In this document: positions 10,353-20,837 of the stretch, piece after piece
Layout of the letters: each line of letters begins with the position of its first letter
Position numbering within the stretch: position 1 is the first letter of the stretch
Source of the DNA: Candidatus Melainabacteria bacterium 17Bon1m
GTDB taxonomy: Bacteria > Cyanobacteriota > Vampirovibrionia > Obscuribacterales > Obscuribacteraceae
Direction of reading: 5' to 3'
Length of the DNA: 64,000 nt
Assembly: GCA_032128875.1 (NCBI GenBank)
Contig: JAVLKG010000013.1
Span: 32,001 to 96,000 of the forward strand
Program-made: the position numbers and the translations under genes
The notes under the pieces: model-generated
Told to the model about the DNA's origin: nothing
Seen by the model: only the letters and a program-made list of their open reading frames with translations
Databases searched by the model: none

Positions 10353-10453
10353 TACAGGCTTAGCCTAGCGAAACGCTTTCTGTCAGCGGATGTGGACGAT
10401 GCATCGCATCGCTCCTACCGACGCTCAACGGAAAGCTGCTTGCTATTGCCCGT

Positions 10454-10666
10454 TTAGCTCTTCGACTTGGACTTCTTCTCCGCAGGCTTCTTGCCCGAGG
10501 TCTTCTTGTCCTTGTCGTGGAGCGCCTTGATCAGTTCCGCATCCTTGTTGCGGAAGTACATCTCTTCGCGAGCGTGCGAGAGAGCTGCGATGCCGTTCGA
10601 ACCACTGCTCGCGTCGCGGGCAGCCTCGTGCTCGGCCTTCATGGTGTCGATGGTCTTGTTAGTCAT
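10454..10666 (-). CDS. 70-aa protein with an IF1 (ATPase inhibitor)-like motif
   Basis: AGGAGGT RBS before the ATG at 10666; sequence HAREEMYFRNKDAELIKALHDK, Lys-rich tail. Confidence 0.7.
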   Translation of the reverse strand: MTNKTIDTMKAEHEAARDASSGSNGIAALSHAREEMYFRNKDAELIKALHDKDKKTSGKKPAEKKSKSKS

Positions 10667-10828
10667 GGTGAACCTCCTGTGTGGAGCGCATCCATGCGTC
10701 CACGGTTTGGGTTGCATTAGCAAGGCGTATTGCACGCGCCCTGCTTCATTCCGTTGCATGGAGTGCACCCGGTTGCCCAGACGCACTCCATGTCGATGGG
10801 GAATTCGCTGGAGAGCTAGCAGGCTAGC

Positions 10829-11827
10829 TTAAAACAGCCAGCCGGCCATGTCGCGGAGTGCTTCCCACGGAGTAGTACGGCTTTCACCGACTTCCATGAA
10901 GAAGGTCACCACGACGGCGCCCGCAACCACTGCCGCGTGCGGCATGAAGCGGACGTAGAACGGCTGAGCACGCCAATTGCGGCGACGCTCTTCGCGTGCC
11001 TCGCGCTCGCGCATCTTCACAGAGTGGCGGAACGAAGCTTCCGGATCGGGGTCCGGAGCGCATTCGTCCAGCACCTGCTGAGTGCGTGCGGAGTTGAGAG
11101 CACTGCGGATGCGCAGCTTCTCGATGTAGACGTCAACGTCACGGTTGATGCTCTCGAGCATCGGCTTCATGTTGGCGTCGAAGTCGGCGAGGGTCTTCTC
11201 GATGACAGGCTTCATTTCGGCAGTGAAGGTGGCACGCGCTTCGGCGCCGGCTTCGGCGATTTTGCGCATGGCTTCCTGGAGAGTCGCGTTGTTATCGAGA
11301 GCCTGCTCGACGTTGAAGCGAACGATCATGTGGCTGACATTCTCGCCGTTCAAAGTATGCCGCTGGAACGAATCCAGGCAGCGCGTCAGAGAGCCGACAT
11401 CAAGCTTCGTGAGCAGAAGCATGGTCGCCGAGCTGGTTTCCACTTCGTGCAGGACGATGTTGGTGAAACGCCAGGCGAGCAGAGTGCCCACCTGATTGGC
11501 GTAGTGGTCGTCAGCGAGCTGTTCGCGTTCGATGCGGAGCTTGTGGTAAGTCCACTTGCCGGGGCGCGGCGCCTTGAGCTTTCTCACCAGAAAGCGGCGG
11601 TACTTCGGGTCTTCCAGCCTGTCCTGATCGACTTCGATCGGCTTCGCATTATGCTTCGAGGGCTCACGGAATTCCGTCAGTCCAAACACATCCAGCGAGT
11701 TCAGGCGGGCTTTCCAGCTCTCATCCGACATCGCAGCATTGCGCAGCACAGAAACGAACAGTCCGCGCCAGTGGCTCATCAGAACCTCGGCGTGACCCAT
11801 GGTGGGCAGGTTGGTAGTGTTGGTCAT
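10829..11827 (-). CDS. Hypothetical protein with amphipathic helical/coiled region and C-terminal TM
   Basis: 332-aa ORF, GGGAG RBS, strong GC3 bias, TM AAVVAGAVVVTFFM. Confidence 0.75.
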   Translation of the reverse strand: MTNTTNLPTMGHAEVLMSHWRGLFVSVLRNAAMSDESWKARLNSLDVFGLTEFREPSKHNAKPIEVDQDRLEDPKYRRFLVRKLKAPRPGKWTYHKLRIEREQLADDHYANQVGTLLAWRFTNIVLHEVETSSATMLLLTKLDVGSLTRCLDSFQRHTLNGENVSHMIVRFNVEQALDNNATLQEAMRKIAEAGAEARATFTAEMKPVIEKTLADFDANMKPMLESINRDVDVYIEKLRIRSALNSARTQQVLDECAPDPDPEASFRHSVKMREREAREERRRNWRAQPFYVRFMPHAAVVAGAVVVTFFMEVGESRTTPWEALRDMAGWLF

Positions 11828-12604
11828 TGGTAGTCTCCCTTTAAAGGCTAAGGGGGAAAAGGTGTCTTCACAGACGCGCTGATGACGGCATTCCGAAGGT
11901 TTCGGAAGCTTTTGAGAGCGTGTTGCAAAGGGTGGGCTCCTGTCCGGGGAGTTGATCCCTTGTAGATATGCTGGTTTTGGCTGTTGGTGTTGCCGTTAGT
12001 AAGGATGGACTCCGCTCTGTTTTTCTTTTTTTTCTTTGGACAAGAATGAGTCCCAGAGTAGTCTTGGGCCACCCTAAAACAAAGAGATTCAGATCGTGTT
12101 TAATCTGTGCCTGTCAAGCGTTGAGCGCTGAAAGCCGCATGAATAGGGCGTCTGTCATGAGCCTGTCATGTTTATTTCACGAGCCTGACTAGCGCGATTA
12201 GCGCAGAAACAGTGAATCTTTCAATAGTTTTTCGTGAGGTTTTCATTTAGCTGTCGTTCAAAAACTAGCTTAAATAGCTAGTTTTCACCAACCTGTCGCG
12301 TATATGCAAAATGGCGTGGTTTATATAGATGCACTTGCCAAGCCATTCTTTCAATACAATTTCAAAATCATTTCGCTTTCCTGTCGAAATTCTCGTGACA
12401 AGCATGGCAAATGTTTCGACAAGCTTTCCGCTTGGAAACTGCGTTTGGCGTGGTCGGGGAGTCGCAAGTGTGCGCTAGCGGCGCTAACGTTGGACAAATC
12501 TAGAGTGGTAGTCAAGCGCCTGTGATCACTGCTTATATCTCAAGAGCCTTGTATATGCTTATGTCGCGCGATCTGTTGAACACCATAAATAGCACCTCAT
12601 CTAC

Positions 12605-12634
12605 TTGAGAAGTCATCTGGTGAGGTCATAGAGT
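12605..12634 (+). promoter_or_regulatory. Putative sigma70-type promoter
   Basis: TTGAGA-N18-TAGAGT followed by a pyrimidine-rich leader. Confidence 0.5.
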
Positions 12635-12845
12635 CTGGTGTTACTTCTGCCGTCTCCCTATTTTTTCTGTACTCCGCACTTCTCGAAAGCACCACCCACT
12701 CTGTCCTCCTTTGACCTTTCGTCTTCCTCTTGGAAGAAGAGACTTCACGGGCATGACTTTGTGCTGGAACACTGCGAGCAGTTCGGGTGCAAGACGCGCA
12801 AAAGTAAGTTCAGCTCAACAGTCCCAACAAATTGGAGAAATTACC

Positions 12846-13082
12846 ATGAGCACCGCAAACACCCACAAGGCGAAGCGCGATTCCCGTCTCGACGAGGTTC
12901 TGGGTCTGGCCACCGGCCACGCCAAGAACGAGCTGGGCGATTCCGAGAACAAGAGCGTCACCGCTGCGGCGACCCTGTCCGTCAGTTCCACCGAGAACGA
13001 CGTCAAGGAAGACTGCGGCGTCAACGCGTCCGTCACCCTCGGCGCCACGCACAGCAAGACCGACCTCAAGGCGAAGAAGTAA
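12846..13082 (+). CDS. Small hypothetical protein (78 aa)
   Basis: GGAGA RBS, ATG at 12846, almost all codons end in C/G. Confidence 0.75.
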   Translation: MSTANTHKAKRDSRLDEVLGLATGHAKNELGDSENKSVTAAATLSVSSTENDVKEDCGVNASVTLGATHSKTDLKAKK

Positions 13083-13500
13083 GCGTCGCCGTCGGCTAGT
13101 CAGCCGATAGTTTGTGAACTTCATCTGAAGCCGAAGGCTTTAGGCAACAGATGATTTGTACTCGGCACTGGCGCAAACTGATGATTCGTCGTCGGTTTCG
13201 CACAGTGCCGAGATTTTGGTGAGCCGGAACTCCGCCTTCGAGTTTCGGCTTACCTTTTCTTTTCTAGATTGGCTCTTTTGAACTCTTTCGAACCGTTTCG
13301 AAGCTTTTTCGAGCCTATCTAGCCCCTGTTCGAGCTTTTTGCTCCGTTTTCGAATTGCGCATATCGCTCGATTCTCCGACGTTATGCGCCCTTCAAAGAT
13401 GCAGCAAAAATTTTGAACTATGCTAACTATGGTCGGTAGTAAATCTTGACTACCGTGTCGTGCAAGACCAGCACGGCAATAGACTAGAGGAAACGCAAAA

Positions 13501-15627
13501 ATGAGCGCCAACAATTCCACGACCGCTCAGAGCCCCCCGAAGGATTCTGAGTGGTTGGATGATATGCCGCAGCCCTACCTGGCTGTGAATCCGAATCATC
13601 CAAGATTGGCGATCAAGCACCGGAAGCTTTTCTTGCTCGTCGACACCGAAGGAATGGTGCCGGGCAAGAACGAGCAGGGATTTGGCTTGTTTGCCGATGA
13701 TACGCGCTGGTTGAGCAAGTGGGACATGTCGCTGGGCGGCTTGTCTCTGCTGCCGCTTAATCGCAACGTCGACGAGGGCTTTGCTGCCCACTTCGTCTAC
13801 GCCAATCGCGCCTTCCCCGGCGCAGTCGAGCAGAGCATCAAGGTCGACCGCGAGTTGGTCTTGAACGATGCTTTGATCGAACGAGTAACTGTCACCAACT
13901 ACAGCCAGAAGACAGTCGAAACGGAGCTGGCGGTTGTCGTCGGCTGCGATTTCGCGGATATGTTCGAGGTGCGCGGGGCCAACAGACCCAAGCGCGGAAC
14001 CCTGCGCCGTCCAGTTCTTCGTGGCAATCGACTGACGCTGGGCTATGTAGGACTCGACAATGTGCTGCGCGAGACGTCGATTCTTGTCCGCACAAGCACG
14101 CAGAATACGACCGTCGGCTTCGATGATCGCATGCTGCGCGTGCCTCTCACGCTGAAGCCTGGCGAGCCGGCGTCTGTCGAGTTCGTCGTGCGCGCTCGTG
14201 TGAATGGCAAGTTCGACATCGCGCGTACACCGCGTTCGTTCGAGCGCGAAATTGCTTCTGCTCGCAAAGCTTATAGCAACTTCGTCGCCACGACCGGTTC
14301 GGTCTCGACGGACAACCCGCAGTTCAACGCTATCTTCGCGCGTGCGCTTCGCGATATCTACATACTACGGCAGGAAAGCCCGCGCGGCAACGCTATTGCT
14401 GCAGGCGTTCCGTGGTTCGCCGTGCCGTTTGGACGCGACTCTGCCATTACTGCGCTGCAGACGGTGCCATTCATGCCGGAAGTCTCACGCGATGTGCTGC
14501 GTGTGCTTGCTGCCTATCAGGGCGAGAAGCACGACAAAGTTACAGCGGAGGAAGCCGGCAAGATCATGCACGAGCTGCGCACCGGCGAGATGGCACTTCT
14601 CAAGGAAGTGGCATTCCGTCCCTATTTTGGAACCGTCGACGCCACTCAGCTCTGGCTGATGTTGCTCGCCGAGTACGTACGCTGGACCGGTGATCTCGCG
14701 CTCGCGAAGGAGCTTTGGCCCAATGTCGAACGCGCTCTGGCTTTTCTTGAGGCTGCCACTGCAGGCGGTTACATCCGTTATGGTGGTGTGGCGGGCGAGG
14801 CTCTGAGCAACCAGGGTTGGAAGGACTCCGGCAACTCCATTGTCTTCAAGGATGGAACCCTCGGCAAAGCTCCGATCGCTGTCTGCGAAGCGCAAGGCTA
14901 CTTGTACTCCGCATGGAAAGGCATCGCTACCGTCGCGCGCCAGCTCGGCAAGTGGTCGCTTTGCTTCAAGCTTGGACAGCGCGCCGACAAGCTGCGCGAC
15001 GCGTTCCAGAAGGATTTCTGGATGCCGGAGCAATCGTTCGTTGCCATCGCTCTCGACGGTGAAAACCGCCAGTGCGATGCTGTTTCGTCCAATCCTGGTC
15101 ACTTGCTCGGCACTGGCATTCTCACGCCGGAGCAAGAAGCAGCGGTTGCGGATCGGCTGATGGCGCCTGATATGTTCTGTGGTTGGGGCATTCGCACTCT
15201 CTCGAGCAGCGAGCGCGCCTATCAACCGATGGACTACCAGGTGGGCGCAGTCTGGCCGCACGACAATGGCTTTGCCATCGAAGGACTGGCGAAACTCGGT
15301 AGGCATGCTGATGCGCACCGTGTCTTCGAAGGACTGATCGCGTCCGCTTCAGCGCAGAGTGATTTGCGATTGCCCGAACTCTTCGCTGGTTTCGACCGCG
15401 CCGGACACAAAGAGCCTGTTCGCTACCCGGTTGCTTGCGTCCCGCAAGCCTGGGCGGCTGGCAGTGTTTTCCAAATCATCAAAGCTTGTCTGAACATGCA
15501 GCCCAATTCGAAGACCGGCACAATCGACTGTGGCGGCGCTTCAATGCCTGCTTGGCTAGGTCAGGTTGTGGTGAAACGGATTCAGGTCGGCGACAAGAAA
15601 GTCGATTTGCATTTGCCTTTGAACTAA
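13501..15627 (+). CDS. Amylo-alpha-1,6-glucosidase / glycogen debranching family protein
   Basis: DFADMFEVRG, AAGVPWFAVPFGRDS, GKIMHELR, NQGWKDS, SSNPGH, VWPHDN, RLPELFAG, YPVACVPQAWAAG. Confidence 0.92.
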   Translation: MSANNSTTAQSPPKDSEWLDDMPQPYLAVNPNHPRLAIKHRKLFLLVDTEGMVPGKNEQGFGLFADDTRWLSKWDMSLGGLSLLPLNRNVDEGFAAHFVYANRAFPGAVEQSIKVDRELVLNDALIERVTVTNYSQKTVETELAVVVGCDFADMFEVRGANRPKRGTLRRPVLRGNRLTLGYVGLDNVLRETSILVRTSTQNTTVGFDDRMLRVPLTLKPGEPASVEFVVRARVNGKFDIARTPRSFEREIASARKAYSNFVATTGSVSTDNPQFNAIFARALRDIYILRQESPRGNAIAAGVPWFAVPFGRDSAITALQTVPFMPEVSRDVLRVLAAYQGEKHDKVTAEEAGKIMHELRTGEMALLKEVAFRPYFGTVDATQLWLMLLAEYVRWTGDLALAKELWPNVERALAFLEAATAGGYIRYGGVAGEALSNQGWKDSGNSIVFKDGTLGKAPIAVCEAQGYLYSAWKGIATVARQLGKWSLCFKLGQRADKLRDAFQKDFWMPEQSFVAIALDGENRQCDAVSSNPGHLLGTGILTPEQEAAVADRLMAPDMFCGWGIRTLSSSERAYQPMDYQVGAVWPHDNGFAIEGLAKLGRHADAHRVFEGLIASASAQSDLRLPELFAGFDRAGHKEPVRYPVACVPQAWAAGSVFQIIKACLNMQPNSKTGTIDCGGASMPAWLGQVVVKRIQVGDKKVDLHLPLN

Positions 15628-15739
15628 CGTGGCGGCGCATTTTCGCGCCTGCAGACAACAAGGGTGATGCACGCCATCGCCTTTAGATAAGACCGGTCGA
15701 AGCATGGTGTCGACCTTACAGATAATTGGGAGAACAACA

Positions 15740-16279
15740 ATGTCACAGCATTTGCATCCTTATGTGCACCCAAAGCTGGTGGCGAAGATTCGTGACTTCG
15801 CTGCCGGGCAAATCAATGGGGCTGCGCATGGTTCGCACGACAAGATGTTTACGCAGAAGTGGCAGGACATCAAGGCGCAGGGCGAGCATCTCGCTGCCTT
15901 CGCGTCGGAGCTGACCGGCAAAACGGTGAAGGGACACGAAGATACCCTCGCCGCGCTCTTCACGCCGGAAGCTCTCGCCTACATCGAGCTGAAGTGCCTG
16001 AACACCTACTGGTTCTGGTATTTGATCTCGAAGGTCAACACGCGCAACCTCAAGTTCAACGAGGCTGCCATTGCGCGCGCTCATGCACGCGTCAAGGACA
16101 GCATCAACGACACTCGCTACGGCTTCAACTTCATCGAGCCGTCGCCGTTGGAGCACCAGCTCAAGGGCTTGCCTCCCGGCTTCGTCTTCGAGATGTGGCA
16201 CAAGGGACGTTTGCTCGCCGAATATCGTCCCTCTGGCGACTACAAGACGCTTCTCAACCCGCTTCTGATCGACGATTGA
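15740..16279 (+). CDS. Hypothetical protein
   Basis: GGGAG RBS, ATG at 15740, GC3-biased codons. Confidence 0.7.
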   Translation: MSQHLHPYVHPKLVAKIRDFAAGQINGAAHGSHDKMFTQKWQDIKAQGEHLAAFASELTGKTVKGHEDTLAALFTPEALAYIELKCLNTYWFWYLISKVNTRNLKFNEAAIARAHARVKDSINDTRYGFNFIEPSPLEHQLKGLPPGFVFEMWHKGRLLAEYRPSGDYKTLLNPLLIDD

Positions 16280-16320
16280 TTAGAAGTGCCATTCCCCCCT
16301 CATGTTTGTTGGGAGAACAG

Positions 16321-16914
16321 ATGAACAACACCGAGAACGAAAACACTCAGCACCAGACTGCTGATGCTGATGTGCGCCCGCCGCCGCGCCGCCGCAAAAC
16401 CTTCAGCGAAGTCGCTGACGACCTGCTCTTCGCCACTCGATGGGTGCTCTATCCGATTAATTTCGGGTTGGTTTTGGCGCTCACCGTATACCTGCTGAAG
16501 TTCCTCTTCCAGGTTGGCGAGCTGCTCTACAACGCCAAAGAACACATCTTTGGTCACGGCGCCGGTCATTCGCAGTTGATGATCGAGATGGTCAGCTTGC
16601 TTGACCAAGCTATGATCGCATCGCTGATGATCCTCACGATCATGGGCGGTCATCAGATCTATGTGAGTCGCTTCAAGTCAAGGCGCGCCGATCAGACACC
16701 GCAGTGGCTTGATCACATCGACACGATCATGCTCAAGGTCAAGCTGGGGCTAGCCTTTGTCGGCGTCTCCAGCGTCGTGTTGCTGCAGGATTGCTTGAGC
16801 GCCACCGCTGTTCCGCATGACGTGTGGATTCAGCATCTGGTCATCCATGCGACATTCCTGGGCACCACGCTGGTGATCGCTCTGGTCTGGCGCATAATGC
16901 ATCCCAAGCAGTAG
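16321..16914 (+). CDS. yqhA: YqhA / UPF0114 family membrane protein
   Basis: LFATRWVLYP...GL, LLDQAMIASL, GGHQIYVSR, PQWL, LKVKL; GGGAG RBS. Confidence 0.85.
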   Translation: MNNTENENTQHQTADADVRPPPRRRKTFSEVADDLLFATRWVLYPINFGLVLALTVYLLKFLFQVGELLYNAKEHIFGHGAGHSQLMIEMVSLLDQAMIASLMILTIMGGHQIYVSRFKSRRADQTPQWLDHIDTIMLKVKLGLAFVGVSSVVLLQDCLSATAVPHDVWIQHLVIHATFLGTTLVIALVWRIMHPKQ

Positions 16915-17184
16915 GGTTGTTGCATTGACTGCCAGCTAAGAAAAACAAGACTGGCAGCGTTTCACTGAATGTTTTGGAAACCTTGGTCTCCTCCCCGGAA
17001 GGCCAAGGTTTTCTTTTTCTTTTTGAAGGAAAACGACAAAAGGTAGTAGGGCTTTGGTAGTGAGAGTAGTCTTTATGCAAAGTAACTTTCTGTCTGAAAT
17101 TGAGGGCCGGCGCTTTTCATTGCCTGTACAATTTCATCTGCGCATTTCATTGAAATACGCGGCGACTCACCATTTGGGATTCAT

Positions 17185-17808
17185 ATGGCAGAAATCAAAG
17201 CGGTCGTTTTCGATTTTGGATGCGTCCTTGCATACGAGCATCTCGATTCGGATTTAGAGGAGATGGCTGATTGCCTCGGTTTGAACGTGCATGTTTTGAG
17301 GGAGGCCTACTGGCACCACCGGCACGATTACGATTCCGGAATTAGTCTGAGTCCTGCTTATTTCAAGCAAGTCGCCGAGAAGTGCGGCGTAGAAATTACT
17401 CCTGAGCAGATCAAACGCTGCGTAGAAATAGATAACAAAGGTTGGAGTCGACCTATTCATGAGATTGTTGATTGGGCGAATCGTCTGAAGGCTCAAGGAT
17501 TCAAAATTGCGATCCTATCCAACATGCCACAAGACTTTCGTGACTTTCTGCCGGAAATTGCATGGTTGCCTGAGTTTCATCATGCGACTTATTCGTGTGA
17601 ATTGAAAACCGTCAAGCCTTATCACGATATCTATCACCATTGCCTCGAGGGACTTGGTGTATCACCTGAGAATGTTCTATTTATCGATGACCGTCTGCCC
17701 AACATCGAAGCAGCTAAGGAACTCGGTTGGCAGGGATTTGTCTTTACGAACGCAAAAGAGTTGCACGAGTTTCTCAAAAACTCTAACCTGCCGCCGGTCT
17801 TAGTGTAG
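17185..17808 (+). CDS. HAD family phosphatase (YihX-like)
   Basis: VVFDFGCVL, ILSN, KP, FIDD motifs. Confidence 0.88.
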   Translation: MAEIKAVVFDFGCVLAYEHLDSDLEEMADCLGLNVHVLREAYWHHRHDYDSGISLSPAYFKQVAEKCGVEITPEQIKRCVEIDNKGWSRPIHEIVDWANRLKAQGFKIAILSNMPQDFRDFLPEIAWLPEFHHATYSCELKTVKPYHDIYHHCLEGLGVSPENVLFIDDRLPNIEAAKELGWQGFVFTNAKELHEFLKNSNLPPVLV

Positions 17809-17811
17809 CCT

Positions 17812-18525
17812 CTAATACCGTACTAAACGTTCAGACATTTTGGCGCGTTCTCTCCAGAATGAATCATCGAATTCGCTGGAGAATTTATTCATTAGCACCT
17901 TCATGCGCTCCATTTTTCGCCGTAGCACAGCATCTGTCTTCGCGAGCTTTTCAATGCCTTTGTAATCAACAATCATGTGCGAAAAAGTATCCGCTTTGTC
18001 TTCATGCACGGCTGTCATTGCATACGTGGAGACGAAACCTTTAGAGGAGGCTTTAAATAGTTGATTGGGCAGATGATCGTCTTTATAGATGAAGTTGGGA
18101 TGGTTGAGTTTCTTCCAGTGATTGTCGTACATGCCGTTGATGTCGTCGGAGTCATCGATTAAATGATAAAGCTCGTGGTGAATCACCGAACGTGCATACG
18201 AATCTAGTGGCGCATCAACATTGATGAGGATGTTGTTTCCCAGAAGCACTGAAAAAATCCACTTTGGTTCGGCAAGACCGGCTCTCTTTTTTCCGCTCGA
18301 AACTAAATTCTTGCAAAGAATGATTTTCCTCAAGTTGCTCTTTTTGAGTACCTTCTTTGAATACAGAGATAGTTCTTTGGAAAGAAACGATTCAATATAG
18401 GCGCTCGTCTTTTCTTCGTCCGCTTCGAGGTACGCGACATCGATTTCTAGACTATCTTTGGCGGCGACTACGGACACGCCAAACTTTTTTTTGAACTCTT
18501 CAATAATTTGTTTTTGAGTGCTCAT
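17812..18525 (-). CDS. Putative zinc-binding metallopeptidase
   Basis: VIHHELYH plus GFVSTYAM...EDKADTF. Confidence 0.75.
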   Translation of the reverse strand: MSTQKQIIEEFKKKFGVSVVAAKDSLEIDVAYLEADEEKTSAYIESFLSKELSLYSKKVLKKSNLRKIILCKNLVSSGKKRAGLAEPKWIFSVLLGNNILINVDAPLDSYARSVIHHELYHLIDDSDDINGMYDNHWKKLNHPNFIYKDDHLPNQLFKASSKGFVSTYAMTAVHEDKADTFSHMIVDYKGIEKLAKTDAVLRRKMERMKVLMNKFSSEFDDSFWRERAKMSERLVRY

Positions 18526-18783
18526 GTATCCAGTATGTTCAAGCGGTTCGTTAACGCATTAATTGCCCTGATTTCTTTAAACATTTCCGGGTCTGGCACT
18601 CCGGCCACACTCGGTTTCCCGTCTCGATTTACTTAATGCCCGCAAGCGCCAATCGCCGCCGGCCTTTCGTGGTTTTCTCCGGAAAAGTTTTGCACTGTGA
18701 TGTGATTGTGATGTTGCCACCCGATACTTCAGCCATCCCCCACCGCTACCGCTACGAGCGAGTCGGTTTCTGAGGTTCTAAAT

Positions 18784-19755
18784 ATGGTTTCTCATGTTTC
18801 TGATTCTTCCTTTCACCCAGACCCGCGTGAGACAGGCAAAGACAGTCTCGCTGACCAGGTTCTTGCGAAGCTTCAAGATGAATCCCTAACTTCAGCATTC
18901 AATTTTATGAAGTCCTCCGTGCAAAATGTGTATGCCGGCCGAGATGAAGACCACGACGGTGTGCTCGATTTACGCGACAGACGCGATGATGTCCCGATGA
19001 ACGATAAGGAAAAGCAGGAGTTCTGGACGTCGCTGTCAAAGGAATTGGAAGAGAAAAGACCGGGAGTTCTGAAAAATCTTTCCGCTGTTTGGCTCAAAGA
19101 TTTTAAAACCACTGAATTGAAAACGATGCCGTTCGAAGCTGACTACGTTCAGCAAATCGCAAACAACGGCAAGGCAATGAACAAGACATTTGCCGGTGAA
19201 GCGCTAAAAGATCTGCCCAACATCAAAGCTCTCAACCGCAACGATGACATTATTGACGACATCGAATTAGACAAAAACATTCAAAGACAAAAGCAAATTC
19301 CACGCGAGCAGTTTGTGACCGACATCATCAATAAAGCGCTTACAGACAGCCAAACGAGCCCGCTTAAGGCGGTAGATGCGATTTATGCATCGCTCAAACA
19401 AAGAGGGCAAACTGAAACTCAGGCTGAAAGAGTAGCTTCATTTGCCGCAGTCGCTGACGCATTGAAAGAACATCCGGACCTGGCTGCGAAGCTCTCGATG
19501 GGTTACATGCAGCGCAACTTCAAGGATGTAGACACTAACTACGGCGAGCACAAAGAGGACTACAGAATCTCCAAGGAAGAGCTTAACGACTTCACTCCAG
19601 ACAGCATTGGAAAGGTTTTTATCAACTACGTGAAAGCTAACTTCGACTCAATTGCCAGCACATCGACCTACGACAAATATCTGAATTCACAGAATTTGAC
19701 TGCTGACGAATTGAACAATCACATCAACCGCTTAAAGCGTAAAGGCGGGAATTAA
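18784..19755 (+). CDS. Hypothetical acidic helical protein with EF-hand-like loops
   Basis: 323-aa ORF, GAGG RBS; DEDHDGVLD and 'ISKEEL' segments. Confidence 0.7.
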   Translation: MVSHVSDSSFHPDPRETGKDSLADQVLAKLQDESLTSAFNFMKSSVQNVYAGRDEDHDGVLDLRDRRDDVPMNDKEKQEFWTSLSKELEEKRPGVLKNLSAVWLKDFKTTELKTMPFEADYVQQIANNGKAMNKTFAGEALKDLPNIKALNRNDDIIDDIELDKNIQRQKQIPREQFVTDIINKALTDSQTSPLKAVDAIYASLKQRGQTETQAERVASFAAVADALKEHPDLAAKLSMGYMQRNFKDVDTNYGEHKEDYRISKEELNDFTPDSIGKVFINYVKANFDSIASTSTYDKYLNSQNLTADELNNHINRLKRKGGN

Positions 19756-19927
19756 AAGGTTTTTGGGAGGATGAGGTTGAAGCGCGGTAAAACGCGCTTT
19801 GATCTTCCCAAGGCGCTACTATAGCATGTGGCAGTAAGCGTTAAAGCAGAAAGGCACGATGAAAGAAGAGCGTTGAAGCCCCTTTTCACCGTGCCCCCTG
19901 TTAGACCTTATTGCGGTCTATGTCCGA

Positions 19928-20770
19928 TTAGCCGAGACGACGCTTGGTCTCTTTCTCGGCAAGTTCGGACAGCTGCTTTATCTCGTTGAAGATGATGTCC
20001 GTCGCAGCGTCCAAGTCGTCCGGAAGGTCTGCAAGCGGAATCGGCTTCCCGAAGGCTACTGTGGCACCGAATGTGGTTTCGTTGAACCAGTCCGAGAACC
20101 AACGAATGCCGAACATTCGCGCTATCCTGAAGAGGATCGTGGCATGCTTCGAATCACGATCGTAGTAGATGCCGACAGGCAGCACCGCGAAGGGCAGTTC
20201 GCTCTTCTTGGCGGCATGCTTGCCGATCATCAACGCTCCGGCGAAGAAGTCTTCGCGGCGCAGCGTGTTGTCGCGGATCAGGCGACCTTGGGGAAACACA
20301 ACGAGAGAGCTGTCTTTCTCCGCGCTCATTGCCCGCATCGCTGTGCGAACGGCGGCGGAGGGGTTGCGGTCGTGATGCACGGCGATACCGCCCAGCCAAG
20401 CTGCAAACGGTGCTCGCAGCGCGGTTATCTGGTTGATCGCCATCAAGAAGCGAAAGTGCATCGTGCCGAAGACAGCTGTGACGAGAACCGCGTCCTTTTC
20501 AATCTGGTGGTTGGGCAGCATGAGGAGCCGCCCTTTGAACTTCAGGTTCTCTTTGCCGATGATAATCAGCCGACCCACGCGCAGCCACAGTGCGAAGCGT
20601 CCGATGATGAGTCGCGTTGCACGCGCCCACCACGAGACTTTCGGTGTCATGTAGCCCGGTTGCAGGAGCTTCTTACCTTCGTTGATCCAGTAGCGCACTC
20701 GCACGGCGGCGAGTATGCCGGCGAGCAAAACGGCGCCCGCAATCGCGAAGAGCAGGTGAGTTGTTGTCAT
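19928..20770 (-). CDS. plsC: Lysophospholipid / 1-acyl-G3P acyltransferase (PlsC family)
   Basis: N-terminal TM, NHQIEKD (HX4D), VFPQG, LPVGI, FGKPI; start may instead be 20797. Confidence 0.85.
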   Translation of the reverse strand: MTTTHLLFAIAGAVLLAGILAAVRVRYWINEGKKLLQPGYMTPKVSWWARATRLIIGRFALWLRVGRLIIIGKENLKFKGRLLMLPNHQIEKDAVLVTAVFGTMHFRFLMAINQITALRAPFAAWLGGIAVHHDRNPSAAVRTAMRAMSAEKDSSLVVFPQGRLIRDNTLRREDFFAGALMIGKHAAKKSELPFAVLPVGIYYDRDSKHATILFRIARMFGIRWFSDWFNETTFGATVAFGKPIPLADLPDDLDAATDIIFNEIKQLSELAEKETKRRLG

Positions 20771-20837
20771 TTTTTTCTCGTTTTTGAGCCACGGCAAAGG
20801 AGGGGGCGAAAGTGCCCCCTCCGGAATGCGCCTGTGG

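Noticed and set aside
8414-13082. Prophage remnant around the ClpP gene
   Set aside because: No portal, terminase, capsid, tail or integrase genes are recognisable.
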